Assembly (NCBI GenBank): GCA_949294555.1
Contig: CASFHP010000008.1
Coordinates: forward strand, 583 to 64,582
DNA length: 64,000 nt
Reading direction: 5' to 3'
Origin: an uncultured Eubacteriales bacterium
GTDB taxonomy: Bacteria > Bacillota > Clostridia > TANB77 > CAG-508
Positions 39,832 to 49,703 of the stretch are shown piece by piece. Both the position numbers and the translations under genes were made by a program. Position 1 is the stretch's first letter, and each line of letters begins with the position of its first letter. Under the pieces are notes generated by a model. The model was not told the DNA's origin. It did no database searches and saw only the letters and a program-made list of their open reading frames with translations.

Positions 39832-40857
39832 ATGAAAGAATTAAAAAAAGTAAATATGTTTTGTTCTATTTGTGAAGAAAAACATGATGTTAGTTTAATT
39901 GAAGAAGAAAGAGAAACAATTATAAAGGGAGAAAAGATTAAATATAAAGAATTACATTATAAATGTGATAAATATTCAGACAATAATATATTTATGTCAG
40001 ATGATCTGTGGAATATCAATTTGATTAATAGTTTAGACGAATATAGAAAGAAAAAAGATTTATTAACATCAAAAGAAATAAAAGAAATAAGAGAGAAATA
40101 TCAATTAACACAAAGTGAAATGGCATATTTATTAAATTTAGGCGAGATTACTATAACAAGATATGAAACAAAGCAGATTCAAGATGCTAGTGTTGATAAT
40201 ATGATTAGAGAGTTGAATGATAATCCATTATTTGCTTTAAAATTATTAGAAAAGAATAAGAATAAGTTTAAAAGATACAACGAAATAGATAAAAATATCA
40301 AAGATGTAATTGATAAAAATATTATTAATTTTTTAAATGAACAAGAATTAATTGCAAAGTATGTAAAATATGATGAGAAATCTATTATAAATGGTAATAC
40401 AGTCTTAGATATAGGAACTTTAACAAATGTATTAGGATATATTACTAAAGAAATGGGACCAACGAAAAAAGTTGTATTAATGAAGTTATTATGGTATATA
40501 GATAGTTTGAGTTATAAAAATAATGGACATACAATTACAGGATTGGTTTATGAGCATATGCCATATGGAGCTTTGCCAATAGGACATAGAGAGATTATTG
40601 AATTATCATCAATAAAATCGGATTTGTTTATCAATGAAAGTGAATATGAGGAATATAGGATTCAATTTAATGAAAAATATAAAATAAAAAAACTGAAAAA
40701 AGAAGAAAAAGAAATTATAGATAAAGTTATCCATAAATTTAAGAATTATAAAAGTTATGAAATTTCTAATTATATGCATAAAGAAAAAGCATATATGGAA
40801 ACAAAGGATAATGAAATTATACCATTTTCATTCGCAAAAGAAATTAATGAATTTTAA
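39832..40857 (+). CDS. MqsA-like Zn-finger/HTH antitoxin fused to DUF4065 (Panacea/SocA) domain
   Basis: FCSICEE, LLTSKEIKEIREKYQLTQSE...TITRYE, LMKLLWYID...ITGLVYEHMPYGALP...MHKEKAY. Confidence 0.8.
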   Translation: MKELKKVNMFCSICEEKHDVSLIEEERETIIKGEKIKYKELHYKCDKYSDNNIFMSDDLWNINLINSLDEYRKKKDLLTSKEIKEIREKYQLTQSEMAYLLNLGEITITRYETKQIQDASVDNMIRELNDNPLFALKLLEKNKNKFKRYNEIDKNIKDVIDKNIINFLNEQELIAKYVKYDEKSIINGNTVLDIGTLTNVLGYITKEMGPTKKVVLMKLLWYIDSLSYKNNGHTITGLVYEHMPYGALPIGHREIIELSSIKSDLFINESEYEEYRIQFNEKYKIKKLKKEEKEIIDKVIHKFKNYKSYEISNYMHKEKAYMETKDNEIIPFSFAKEINEF

Positions 40858-40905
40858 AATGTTATAATAGTTTATAGGTAAGATACAAAATATCTTGCCT
40901 TTTAA

Positions 40906-41070
40906 TTTATGCATAGAAATCTTTGATTTCGTTATGCATGCTTTTCTTATTACGAAAGAAAAATTGTTAGATTTTTCTGAAGTAACAAGGTTAATTTTCC
41001 TTGGACTGTGCATATTTGCGAAGCAAAATGCACATAAAGTGCGTCGAAAGCTATGCTTTCGTTAACGCAC
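40906..41070. repeat. Multi-hairpin intergenic repeat (family H), inverted copy at 48847
   Basis: 40960-41035 closely matches the reverse complement of 48847-48923. Confidence 0.75.
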
Positions 41071-41077
41071 AATTATC

Positions 41078-41091
41078 TTACAAAAATGTAA
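41078..41091 (+). promoter_or_regulatory. BceR-type binding box
   Basis: TTACA-N4-TGTAA upstream of a TATAAT at 41136 and the ABC operon. Confidence 0.65.
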
Positions 41092-41174
41092 TGTAAATGT
41101 AAGATTAATCAATGGAAAGAAAAAAGAATAAGCCGTATAATAAATATAAATAAAAGATAAATAGAGGTTTACAA

Positions 41175-41297
41175 GCTTGAAAAATAATTGCGTTTTGGCG
41201 TTGTTAGACTTCATCCAAAATCAAATCAACGTGCAAAAGCACACCTCATTGATTTTGGACTTGGTTGCCTAGCCAAAAGCACAATTCTTTTCTAAGC
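41175..41297. repeat. ERIC-like palindromic element (family F, copy 2)
   Basis: gcttgaaaaataattg...caattcttttctaagc termini, tccaaaatcaa/ttgattttgga stem, gtgc-aaaa-gcac apex. Confidence 0.8.
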
Positions 41298-41329
41298 AAT
41301 TTGTGCCTAAAGAAAGGAATGAAACTAAA

Positions 41330-42097
41330 ATGAGTCATGTATTAGAAGTTAAAAATATCGAAAAATATTATGGAAACAAATCCAACTTAACAAAAGCAAT
41401 TGCAGGAATTAGCTTTAATGTAGAAAAAGGAGAATTTGTTGGAATCATGGGAGCATCAGGTTCAGGAAAAACAACTTTACTAAATTGTATTTCAACCATT
41501 GATAGAGTCACTGCAGGAAAAATTATGATTAACAATCAAGATATTACCAAATTAAAAGGAAATCAATTAAACAAATTTAGGAGAGAAGAATTAGGTTTTA
41601 TCTTTCAAGACTTTAACTTGCTTGATACTTTAACAGCTTATGAAAACATCGCATTAGCACTTACCATTCAAAAGGTAAATCCTCATGAAATTGATAAAAG
41701 AGTAAAAGAAGTAGCTGAAAAATTAGAAATATTAGAAATTTTAAATAAATATCCATATCAAATATCAGGAGGACAAAAGCAAAGGGTAGCGTCAGCAAGA
41801 GCCATTATTACAAATCCCAAAATGGTACTTGCAGATGAACCAACAGGAGCCTTAGATTCAAAATCTGCAAGACAATTATTAGAAACATTTGAACACTTAA
41901 ATAAAAACTTAGGAGCAACGATTTTAATGGTTACACATGATGCCTTTACAGCAAGTTATGCAGATAGAATTATCTTTATTAAAGATGGAAAAATCTTTAA
42001 TGAGCTTGTAAAAGGAGAAGATACAAGAAAACAATTCTTTGAAAAAATCATCGAAGTACAAACACTTCTTGGAGGTGATTTGAACGATGTTATTTAA
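41330..42097 (+). CDS. ABC transporter ATP-binding protein (BceA-like)
   Basis: GASGSGKTT, ISGGQKQR, LADEPTGALDSKS, VTHDAF. Confidence 0.93.
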   Translation: MSHVLEVKNIEKYYGNKSNLTKAIAGISFNVEKGEFVGIMGASGSGKTTLLNCISTIDRVTAGKIMINNQDITKLKGNQLNKFRREELGFIFQDFNLLDTLTAYENIALALTIQKVNPHEIDKRVKEVAEKLEILEILNKYPYQISGGQKQRVASARAIITNPKMVLADEPTGALDSKSARQLLETFEHLNKNLGATILMVTHDAFTASYADRIIFIKDGKIFNELVKGEDTRKQFFEKIIEVQTLLGGDLNDVI

Positions 42098-44180
42098 ATT
42101 ATCTATTAAAAATATGAAAAAGAGCTTTAAAGACTATGCCATATATTTTTTAACATTGGTATTAGGTGTTGCCATCTTCTATATGTTCAACTCTTTAGAT
42201 AGCCAACAAGCAATGCTTGAAGTTTCCCAATCTACAAGAGATATGATACAACTCATGATTAGCATGTTAGGAATGGTATCTGTATTTATTGCCATTATCC
42301 TTGGATTTCTAATTGTCTATGCAAATAACTTCTTGATAAATAGAAGAAAAAGAGAATTTGGAATTTATATGACATTAGGCATGGGAAGAAGACAAATATC
42401 ACAAATTATATTAATAGAGACCATACTAGTAGGGATTATCTCTTTAATCGTTGGTATTTTTATAGGTGTATTTGGTTCTCAATTTATGTCTATATTAGTG
42501 GCAAAACTTTTTGAAGCAGATATGAGTGAATTTACCTTTGTATTTTCAAAGGATGCTTGTATCAAAACATGTATCTATTTTGCGGTTATGTATCTAGCAG
42601 TTATGATATTTAACACATTTACCATTTCAAGATATAAATTAATTAATTTGCTAACTGCTGTTAGAAAAAATGAAAAAGTCAAAATTAAAAATCCAATTAT
42701 ATCTATATTGGTATTTCTAATTTCAGCAGTATTATTAGGATATGCATATTATATTGTTACAGGAGGCATTTATGAATTAAATACAGAAGAAAAAATGCTA
42801 GTACCAATTTTAATGGGAATTGTGGGAACAATAGGTGTATTTTGGTCTTTATCAGGATTTATATTAAGAATTATCCAAACAAGAAAAAAGATATATCTAA
42901 AAGGGACCAATATGTTTGTATTAAGACAATTGAATAATAAGATTAATACAACAGTTGTGTCAATGACTGTAATATGTTTAATGTTATTTATGACAATCAG
43001 TGTGTTGTCTAGTAGTTTATCTATTCAAACAACATTAGATTCAGAATTAGAAGAAATGACACCAGTAGATGTCAATTTATATAAAACAGCAAACTTACCA
43101 GAAAGTTATGAAGATTCTTATACAGGTAAGATGATATATCCTACTGAAGAACAAATTGAAGATTCCAAACATCCAATCACCTACACACTGGAAACTAATG
43201 GTTATGATATGAAACAATTAAAAGATATTGTAGAAATTCCAATATATGCAATTCCAGAATGGACTTTAAAATATAGTCTAGGAAATTATTATGAAACAGC
43301 AAAAGCACAATTTTCAATGCTTATGTATGATACACCAGAAGAAGTTATAAAAATATCTGATTATAATAAAATTGCAAAACTCTATGGGGAAGAACAATAT
43401 AGCTTAAATGATGATGAATATATTGTGCTTTGTGATTTTGATAACATGATAGAACTAAGAAATCAAGCATTAAAAGAAAATTCAACGATAGAAATAGAGG
43501 GAAAAACCTTACATGCTAAATATGATGAATGCAAAAGTGGATTTATAGAAATGTCTGCAAGTCATGTAAACACAGGAATTATATTAGTACCAGATAGCTT
43601 TGAATTAAAAGAAGAATGGAAAGAAGAACAATTTTTAGTAGCAAATTATAATGCCGAAACAGATGAAGAAAAAGAAGAAATAGAAAAAGTGTTTACAGGA
43701 GAAAATGCGGCATTATCTACGAATTTAAATGAAAAAGGCATAGAACTAGAAGGTATGACAAAGATTAGTATAATAGAAGCAAGTAAAGGATTAGCAACCA
43801 TTATTATATTTATTGCGATTTATTTAGGTGTTATCTTCTTAATTGCAAGTTCTGCAATTTTAGCATTAAAACAATTAACAGAAAGTTCTGATAACAAACA
43901 AAGATATATGATATTGAGAAAAATTGGTTGTGATGAAAAAATGATAAATCAAGCTCTATTTAGACAAATATTCATATTTTTCATGTTACCATTAGTCTTA
44001 GCCATTATACATTCTATATTTGGAATAAAATTCATATTATCAATGCTTGCTACACTAGCATCTCCAGATGAATTATTACCTTCTGTTGTTGTAACAGCAG
44101 TGATTATTGGTGTGATATATGGATTGTATTTCTTAGCGACGTATATAGGAAGTAAGAATATCATCAAAGAGGAGGATTGA
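42087..44180 (+). CDS. FtsX-like ABC permease (BceB-like)
   Basis: About 10 TMs with a large extracellular loop; RRKREFGIYMTLGM; LRKIG. Confidence 0.9.
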   Translation: MLFKLSIKNMKKSFKDYAIYFLTLVLGVAIFYMFNSLDSQQAMLEVSQSTRDMIQLMISMLGMVSVFIAIILGFLIVYANNFLINRRKREFGIYMTLGMGRRQISQIILIETILVGIISLIVGIFIGVFGSQFMSILVAKLFEADMSEFTFVFSKDACIKTCIYFAVMYLAVMIFNTFTISRYKLINLLTAVRKNEKVKIKNPIISILVFLISAVLLGYAYYIVTGGIYELNTEEKMLVPILMGIVGTIGVFWSLSGFILRIIQTRKKIYLKGTNMFVLRQLNNKINTTVVSMTVICLMLFMTISVLSSSLSIQTTLDSELEEMTPVDVNLYKTANLPESYEDSYTGKMIYPTEEQIEDSKHPITYTLETNGYDMKQLKDIVEIPIYAIPEWTLKYSLGNYYETAKAQFSMLMYDTPEEVIKISDYNKIAKLYGEEQYSLNDDEYIVLCDFDNMIELRNQALKENSTIEIEGKTLHAKYDECKSGFIEMSASHVNTGIILVPDSFELKEEWKEEQFLVANYNAETDEEKEEIEKVFTGENAALSTNLNEKGIELEGMTKISIIEASKGLATIIIFIAIYLGVIFLIASSAILALKQLTESSDNKQRYMILRKIGCDEKMINQALFRQIFIFFMLPLVLAIIHSIFGIKFILSMLATLASPDELLPSVVVTAVIIGVIYGLYFLATYIGSKNIIKEED

Positions 44181-44183
44181 AAA

Positions 44184-44289
44184 ATGGAAGATATTAAAGA
44201 AAAAATCCCAACGATTATTGCGGTAATTATTAGAAAACATGCCTCTTGAAGAAAAAGTTACAGAAATAAAGGCAAATTATTTTGAATAG
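44184..44289 (+). pseudogene. Deletion-fusion remnant: N-terminus of a small membrane-anchored protein (YxeA-like position) joined to an unrelated 3' end
   Basis: RBS + MEDIKEKIPTIIAVII, then a break; another frame gives LENMPLEEKVTEIKANYFE*. Confidence 0.4.
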
Positions 44290-44312
44290 AGTTACTAGAA
44301 ATAGTAGCTCTA
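44287..44312 (+). terminator. Hairpin terminator
   Basis: tagagttacta-gaaa-tagtagctcta. Confidence 0.6.
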
Positions 44313-44412
44313 GTTTGATTTTTTTATTAAATTATTACTTTGTGGTAATTGTAAAAAAATAAACTGTTATGATAAAATAAAAATGCTTAATTGAGATTGA
44401 TAGGAGGATTAT

Positions 44413-44922
44413 TTGACGATGTATGACTATGTATTGCAATATGGTTTTGACAAAGAAACAGAACAATTTGTTCAAAACATAAAAAACTATTTAAAAGAAA
44501 ATAAAATTAAAGATGAAGAAAGAAATTGGTTACCACATATAACAATTGATTTATATAACTGTAAAGACCAAGAAACTTTTATAAATAAATTAGATAACAT
44601 TATAAGTAACATAAAGAGATTTAATGTTAGATTTATAAATTTGAATGATTTTAATGGTAAAATATTATATATTGAACCATTTGACACAAAAGAATTAATT
44701 ACATTAAAACAGATTTTTAATAAAGCATTATATGAATATAGATTAGAAAATACAAGAAATCGAATATATAAACCACATATAACACTATGCAAAAATGATG
44801 ATATAAATCAAAATACTTATGATTTAGCTCATAATGTATTTCATTCATTTATTGGAGAGATAACAGATATATGGGTATATAATCAGAATATGGAATTATT
44901 AAAAGAATATGAGTTAAAGTAG
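44413..44922 (+). CDS. 2H phosphoesterase (2'-5' RNA ligase family)
   Basis: Two HxT motifs: LPHITI and KPHITL. Confidence 0.8.
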   Translation: MTMYDYVLQYGFDKETEQFVQNIKNYLKENKIKDEERNWLPHITIDLYNCKDQETFINKLDNIISNIKRFNVRFINLNDFNGKILYIEPFDTKELITLKQIFNKALYEYRLENTRNRIYKPHITLCKNDDINQNTYDLAHNVFHSFIGEITDIWVYNQNMELLKEYELK

Positions 44923-44931
44923 AGGTTATTT

Positions 44932-45519
44932 ATGAGAATTGGAATAGATATTGATGGGGTCTTAACAGATATAGAGCAATGGCAATTAGATTACGGAAGT
45001 AAAGTTGTATTTGAAAAATACCATAAAGGAATTGTAAATCCAGAAGGATATGACATTAAAGAAATATTTGATGTAGATAAAAATCTAGATGATGAATTTT
45101 GGAGAAAATATTTATTTGATTATGCCAAGAATGAACCAGCAAGAAAATTTGCAAATGAAGTAACCAAAAAATTAAGTAATGATGGAAATAAAGTATATAT
45201 TATAACTGCAAGATTTTTAACTGATAGAGATACAGATGAAGGTCAAAAGATGAAAGAAATCGTAAGAAACTGGTTAAAAGAAAATGAAATTTACTATGAT
45301 GAAATTATATTTAGTCCAGATGATAAACTAGAAATATGCTTAAATAATAATATTGATGTGATGATAGATGATAAAGTAGAAAATATAAATGAAATATCAA
45401 AACATATACCAGTAATATGCTTTAATGCAGGATATAACAAAGAATGTAAAGGAGAAAATATTTATAGAGCTCATTCTTGGTATGATGTATATAATAAGAT
45501 AAAGAGAAAAAAGGAATAA
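44932..45519 (+). CDS. HAD-family 5'(3')-nucleotidase (NT5C-like)
   Basis: IGIDIDGVL, IITAR, MIDDK, SWYDV. Confidence 0.85.
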   Translation: MRIGIDIDGVLTDIEQWQLDYGSKVVFEKYHKGIVNPEGYDIKEIFDVDKNLDDEFWRKYLFDYAKNEPARKFANEVTKKLSNDGNKVYIITARFLTDRDTDEGQKMKEIVRNWLKENEIYYDEIIFSPDDKLEICLNNNIDVMIDDKVENINEISKHIPVICFNAGYNKECKGENIYRAHSWYDVYNKIKRKKE

Positions 45520-45794
45520 AAGAAGATATTGAAGAAATAAATGATACAATAGAAGAAATTGAAAAGCTAGATGATGGTCATATAAAGATAGAGGCAGTTG
45601 GCGCAGAGAGTAAAACAGAAGCATTAGCAATACAAATTGTTGCAACACTATTTTTAGCTATATATCTTTTAGTAAGTTTTTTAACTGGAGCTTGGCATAT
45701 TACTTGGATATTATGGATTGTATTTATATTTGTTGAACTAATTATAAAATTGATTTTTAGTATGAAAGGGGAAAAAGAAAATAATGAAAAATAA
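45498..45794 (+). pseudogene. Start-less ORF: 3' remnant of a membrane protein gene that normally precedes DUF4097 genes
   Basis: Open frame ...LFLAIYLLVSFLTGAWHITWILWIV...; stop overlaps the next ATG; no start codon. Confidence 0.55.
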
Positions 45795-46791
45795 GGGAGT
45801 TAAAATTGTACTTATTATAATATTAGCGATAATAGTTATAGCATTAGTTAATTTTATGATTTATGCAATTATAAATAGAAATAATGATTATAGTGTAAAA
45901 TTTTCTTTAATTGCTTTTGGTGATAATACAGAAAAAATATTTGAAAAAGAATATGAACTAGAAGAATTAGATAAAATTAATGTAGATGTTTTATCTTCAA
46001 ATGTACTTATTGAAAAAGCAGATATAGATAAAATAAAAGTTACAGCTTATGGAGAGAAAGATGAAAAGATCAATGAAACAATTAATAATAATGAACTTTC
46101 AATTACAAAAAGTAAAACAAAAGTATTTATATTCGCAATGTTTTATTGGTGTGATGAAAAAATAATAATACAAGTTCCAAATGATTGTGATGAAGAATTT
46201 AATATACAAACATCAAGTGGAGATATAGTAGCACCTAATTTAGAAAATAATGTTATTAATTTAGAATCATCATCTGGAAAAATTGAATGTGGAAATATTA
46301 ATACTGGTAATTTCAAAAGTTCTTCAGGAGATATTACAGTTGGAAGTGGTAATGAAATTACATTACAAGCAAGTTCTGGAAATATAAAAGCAGGTAACTT
46401 TAATAAATTATCAGCTGAAGCATCATCTGGTGATATTGAAGTAGGAACAATAAGTGAAGATGCAACAATAAAAACTGCATCGGGGAAAATAACACTTAAC
46501 AGAGCAAATAAATTAAAAGCAGAAGCAATTTCTGGAGATATAAAAATAAATAGTATAGAAAATCATTGTGAAATATCTTCAACATCTGGAAATATCATAG
46601 TTGATACAATAAATATTATTGAAAATTCTTCAATAAAAGCTAATTCTGGTAATGTAGTTATAAATAATAAAAATGATATATATGTAGAAACAGAAACTAA
46701 TTCAGGAGATGAAGATGTGAAAAATAATAACAGAATGGCTGAAATTGTATTAAAAATAACTACTACATCTGGAAGTATTAGAGTAGATTAA
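45784..46791 (+). CDS. DUF4097 beta-strand repeat protein (putative adhesin domain)
   Basis: N-terminal TM, repeated (T/S)SSGDI units. Confidence 0.85.
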   Translation: MKNKGVKIVLIIILAIIVIALVNFMIYAIINRNNDYSVKFSLIAFGDNTEKIFEKEYELEELDKINVDVLSSNVLIEKADIDKIKVTAYGEKDEKINETINNNELSITKSKTKVFIFAMFYWCDEKIIIQVPNDCDEEFNIQTSSGDIVAPNLENNVINLESSSGKIECGNINTGNFKSSSGDITVGSGNEITLQASSGNIKAGNFNKLSAEASSGDIEVGTISEDATIKTASGKITLNRANKLKAEAISGDIKINSIENHCEISSTSGNIIVDTINIIENSSIKANSGNVVINNKNDIYVETETNSGDEDVKNNNRMAEIVLKITTTSGSIRVD

Positions 46792-46875
46792 TTTTATATA
46801 AATTATAGATTATTTTCCTCTTAAATGATATACTGTATCAAGAGAGAGAAAATATTTTCTAAAAAGGAGGATGCT

Positions 46876-47091
46876 ATGAAAATAAATAAATGGAAAGTGT
46901 TTCAAACTATTCAATTATTATTATTTATAGGAGTTAGTATATTTCTTCTTACAAGAAGTGTTGATGGAAGTGGAACAACAAATACTTGGAATGTAAAATT
47001 AGTTAGTTTTGCTGTATGGTTAGGATTTTATCTTTTTGTATTAGCTCTTGAATATGGAATACGATTTTTGACAGTGATAAAGAAAAAATAA
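46876..47091 (+). CDS. Small two-TM hypothetical protein
   Basis: RBS aaggagg, two hydrophobic helices. Confidence 0.65.
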   Translation: MKINKWKVFQTIQLLLFIGVSIFLLTRSVDGSGTTNTWNVKLVSFAVWLGFYLFVLALEYGIRFLTVIKKK

Positions 47092-47117
47092 AAAAGTGAT
47101 TTTAGTGGAGGGCTTTG

Positions 47118-47735
47118 ATGAAAAAAATTTTAATTCACGGATCAGGACATAAAGCAGATAGTTGGAACAAAGTAATTGAATATATGAATAATGATAAAGA
47201 TATACTATGCCCAAATTTAGATACAATTCTAAATGGAAAAGAAGCAAATTATACCAATTTATATTCTTCTTTTGTAGAATATTGTAATAAAATAGATGGA
47301 AAAATAAATTTGTGTGGTCTTTCGCTAGGTGGTATATTAGCATTAAATTATGCTATTGATTATCCAGAAAAAGTGGAAAGATTAATTTTAATTGGAACAC
47401 CACATAAAGTCCCTAAAGTAATGTTTAGTATTCAAAATGTTGTTTTTAAACTTTTACCGAAATCTATCTTTAAAACAATGGCTTTTGATAAAAAGAATAC
47501 TTTTATTTTAGGGAAGACAATGAAAAAATTGGATTTTAGTAATAGCGTTCATAAAGTTCAATGTCCAACTTTAGTTATTTCGGGAGAAAAGGATAGTGCT
47601 AATATTAAATCAGCATACTATTTATCAGAAAATATAAAAAATGCAGAATTAAAAATTATTGCAAATACGGGACATGTTGTAAATGAAGAAAATCCAAAAG
47701 AATTAGCAAGTATAATAAGTGAATATTGGAAATAG
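47118..47735 (+). CDS. Alpha/beta hydrolase
   Basis: IHGSG, GLSLGG nucleophile elbow, GEKD, GHVVNEE. Confidence 0.88.
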   Translation: MKKILIHGSGHKADSWNKVIEYMNNDKDILCPNLDTILNGKEANYTNLYSSFVEYCNKIDGKINLCGLSLGGILALNYAIDYPEKVERLILIGTPHKVPKVMFSIQNVVFKLLPKSIFKTMAFDKKNTFILGKTMKKLDFSNSVHKVQCPTLVISGEKDSANIKSAYYLSENIKNAELKIIANTGHVVNEENPKELASIISEYWK

Positions 47736-47838
47736 AAAAAGAGGATTGGTTATATTTTATCTTAAAATTCAAGGAAAATGAACTTGTATAGGTATAAAAA
47801 CAGTTTGAAATATAGCTGTTTTTTGTGTTTTTATAAAC

Positions 47839-47917
47839 TATTTAGATAAATGTCTAAATAACTATTGACATTACAAAATTGAAAGAGTAAAATCTATTTA
47901 GATAAATATCTAAATAG
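47839..47917 (+). promoter_or_regulatory. Promoter with two ArsR/SdpR-type palindromic operators
   Basis: TTGACA(47865)-17-TAAAAT flanked by tatttagataaatgtctaaata (47839-47860) and ctatttagataaatatctaaatag (47894-47917). Confidence 0.8.
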
Positions 47918-47931
47918 TGAAGGTGAGTATA

Positions 47932-48231
47932 ATGGGAATGTCGGAAACATTAAAAGCTATATCAGATCCTGTTAGAAGAAATATACTGGAAATGTTAAGA
48001 AAAGGAAAGATGACAGCAGGTGATATAGCAGACAAATTTAATATAACAAACGCATCAGTATCTTATCATTTATCATATTTAAAGAAAGCAGATTTAGTAA
48101 AAGAAGAGAAATATAAAACTTATATCTATTATGAACTAAATACATCTGTTTTTGAGGAGATACTAGTTTGGATTTATCAATTTAAGAATGAAGACAAGGA
48201 AGGGGATAAAAATGATGAAGAAGAAAATTGA
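47932..48231 (+). CDS. sdpR: ArsR-family autorepressor (SdpR-like)
   Basis: KAISDPVRRNIL, SVSYHLSYLK, IYYELNTSVFEE; upstream of an SdpI-like gene. Confidence 0.8.
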   Translation: MGMSETLKAISDPVRRNILEMLRKGKMTAGDIADKFNITNASVSYHLSYLKKADLVKEEKYKTYIYYELNTSVFEEILVWIYQFKNEDKEGDKNDEEEN

Positions 48232-48847
48232 TTGGAAGATTTTAATTATAACAAGTTTAATATGCTTGATACCAATAATATTTGGAGTAATATTATATGA
48301 CCAGTTACCAGAGCAAATGGCAGTACATTTTGGAGTTAATAATGAACCAAATAGCTTTGCACCAAAAGAATTTGCTTTGTTTGGTATTCCACTATTGATG
48401 TTTATATTGCAGGTATTTTGTTGCATATCTAGTGATTTCATGGAAGAAAAAAAGCAAAATAAAAAATATATTACAATTTATAAATGGATAATACCAATAA
48501 TTGAAATGGTGGTTTATTTAACAATGTTAGCTTATGGAGCTGGAATAGAATTAGATATGCGAATGATAGTATGTATTACATTAGGAATTGTTTTTACGCT
48601 TATAGGAAATTATATGCCAAAAACTGAACCTAACAAACTTCAAATGAATTATATAAGAGCAGATTTTTGGAAAAAGGTTAAAAGACCAGCAGGATATTTC
48701 TTTGTAATAATAGGTTTGGCATTTATAATTTCAGCATTTTTAAATTCAATGGTGTCTTTAATATTATTAGGAATTATTATAGTTGCTGCTATTTTAATTT
48801 CAATATATTCAATATATTTATTTTATAAGAAAAGTGGCTTCGCCTGA
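48212..48847 (+). CDS. SdpI/DUF1648 family membrane protein
   Basis: LYDQLPEQMAVHF, IGNYMPK, multiple TMs. Confidence 0.8.
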   Translation: MMKKKIDWKILIITSLICLIPIIFGVILYDQLPEQMAVHFGVNNEPNSFAPKEFALFGIPLLMFILQVFCCISSDFMEEKKQNKKYITIYKWIIPIIEMVVYLTMLAYGAGIELDMRMIVCITLGIVFTLIGNYMPKTEPNKLQMNYIRADFWKKVKRPAGYFFVIIGLAFIISAFLNSMVSLILLGIIIVAAILISIYSIYLFYKKSGFA

Positions 48848-48936
48848 TGTGCATTTTGCTACGCAAATATGCACGATCTAAGGAAACTTAACCTTGTTGC
48901 TCCGGAAATTTCTAGCGAAATTTCCTATGCAATAAA
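48847..48936. repeat. Family H repeat, inverted relative to 40906-41035
   Basis: tgtgcattttgctacgcaaatatgcac...aaggaaacttaaccttgttgc. Confidence 0.75.
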
Positions 48937-48959
48937 GATAGAAAGTAGGGGGAAGAAAA

Positions 48960-49682
48960 ATGATTGAAATAAAAAATGTTTCAAAATCCTATGTAAAAGG
49001 AAAAAAGTCAGTAGATGACTTAAATCTTGAAATTAAAAATGGAGAAATATTTGGATTTTTAGGACCAAATGGAGCAGGAAAAACAACAACAATAAGAATG
49101 ATAACAGGAATATTAAATATTGATGAAGGAGATATTTTAATAGATGGTAAAAGTATAAAAAAGGAGCCATTAGAAGCAAAGAAAAACTTTGGATTTGTAC
49201 CAGATAGTCCTGATATGTTTCTAAAATTAAAGGGAATAGAATATTTAATGTTTATGGCAGATGTTTATGATGTACCACAAAACAAGAGAAAGGAAAAGAT
49301 AGAAGAACTTACTAAAAAATTTGGAATATATAATGAGCTAAATAACCAAATACAAAGCTATTCACATGGTATGAGGCAAAAAATAGTTATATGTGGAGCT
49401 TTACTTTCAGAACCAAAGAATTGGATATTAGATGAACCAATGACAGGACTAGATCCGAAATCATCTTATGATTTAAAAGAAATGATGAGAGAACACGCAA
49501 AGTCAGGAAAAACAGTATTCTTCTCAACACACATATTAGAAGTAGCAGAAAAATTATGTGATAGAGTAGGAATTATAAACAAAGGAAAATTAGTATTTGT
49601 AGGAACTTTTGAAGAAATGAAACAAAAATTCAAAGAAAACGCATCATTAGAAGATTTATTCTTGGAAATAACAGAAAAATAA
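48960..49682 (+). CDS. ABC transporter ATP-binding protein
   Basis: GPNGAGKTT, YSHGMRQK, LDEPMTGLDP. Confidence 0.92.
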   Translation: MIEIKNVSKSYVKGKKSVDDLNLEIKNGEIFGFLGPNGAGKTTTIRMITGILNIDEGDILIDGKSIKKEPLEAKKNFGFVPDSPDMFLKLKGIEYLMFMADVYDVPQNKRKEKIEELTKKFGIYNELNNQIQSYSHGMRQKIVICGALLSEPKNWILDEPMTGLDPKSSYDLKEMMREHAKSGKTVFFSTHILEVAEKLCDRVGIINKGKLVFVGTFEEMKQKFKENASLEDLFLEITEK

Positions 49683-49703
49683 TATTGGAAAGGAAGAAAG
49701 AAT

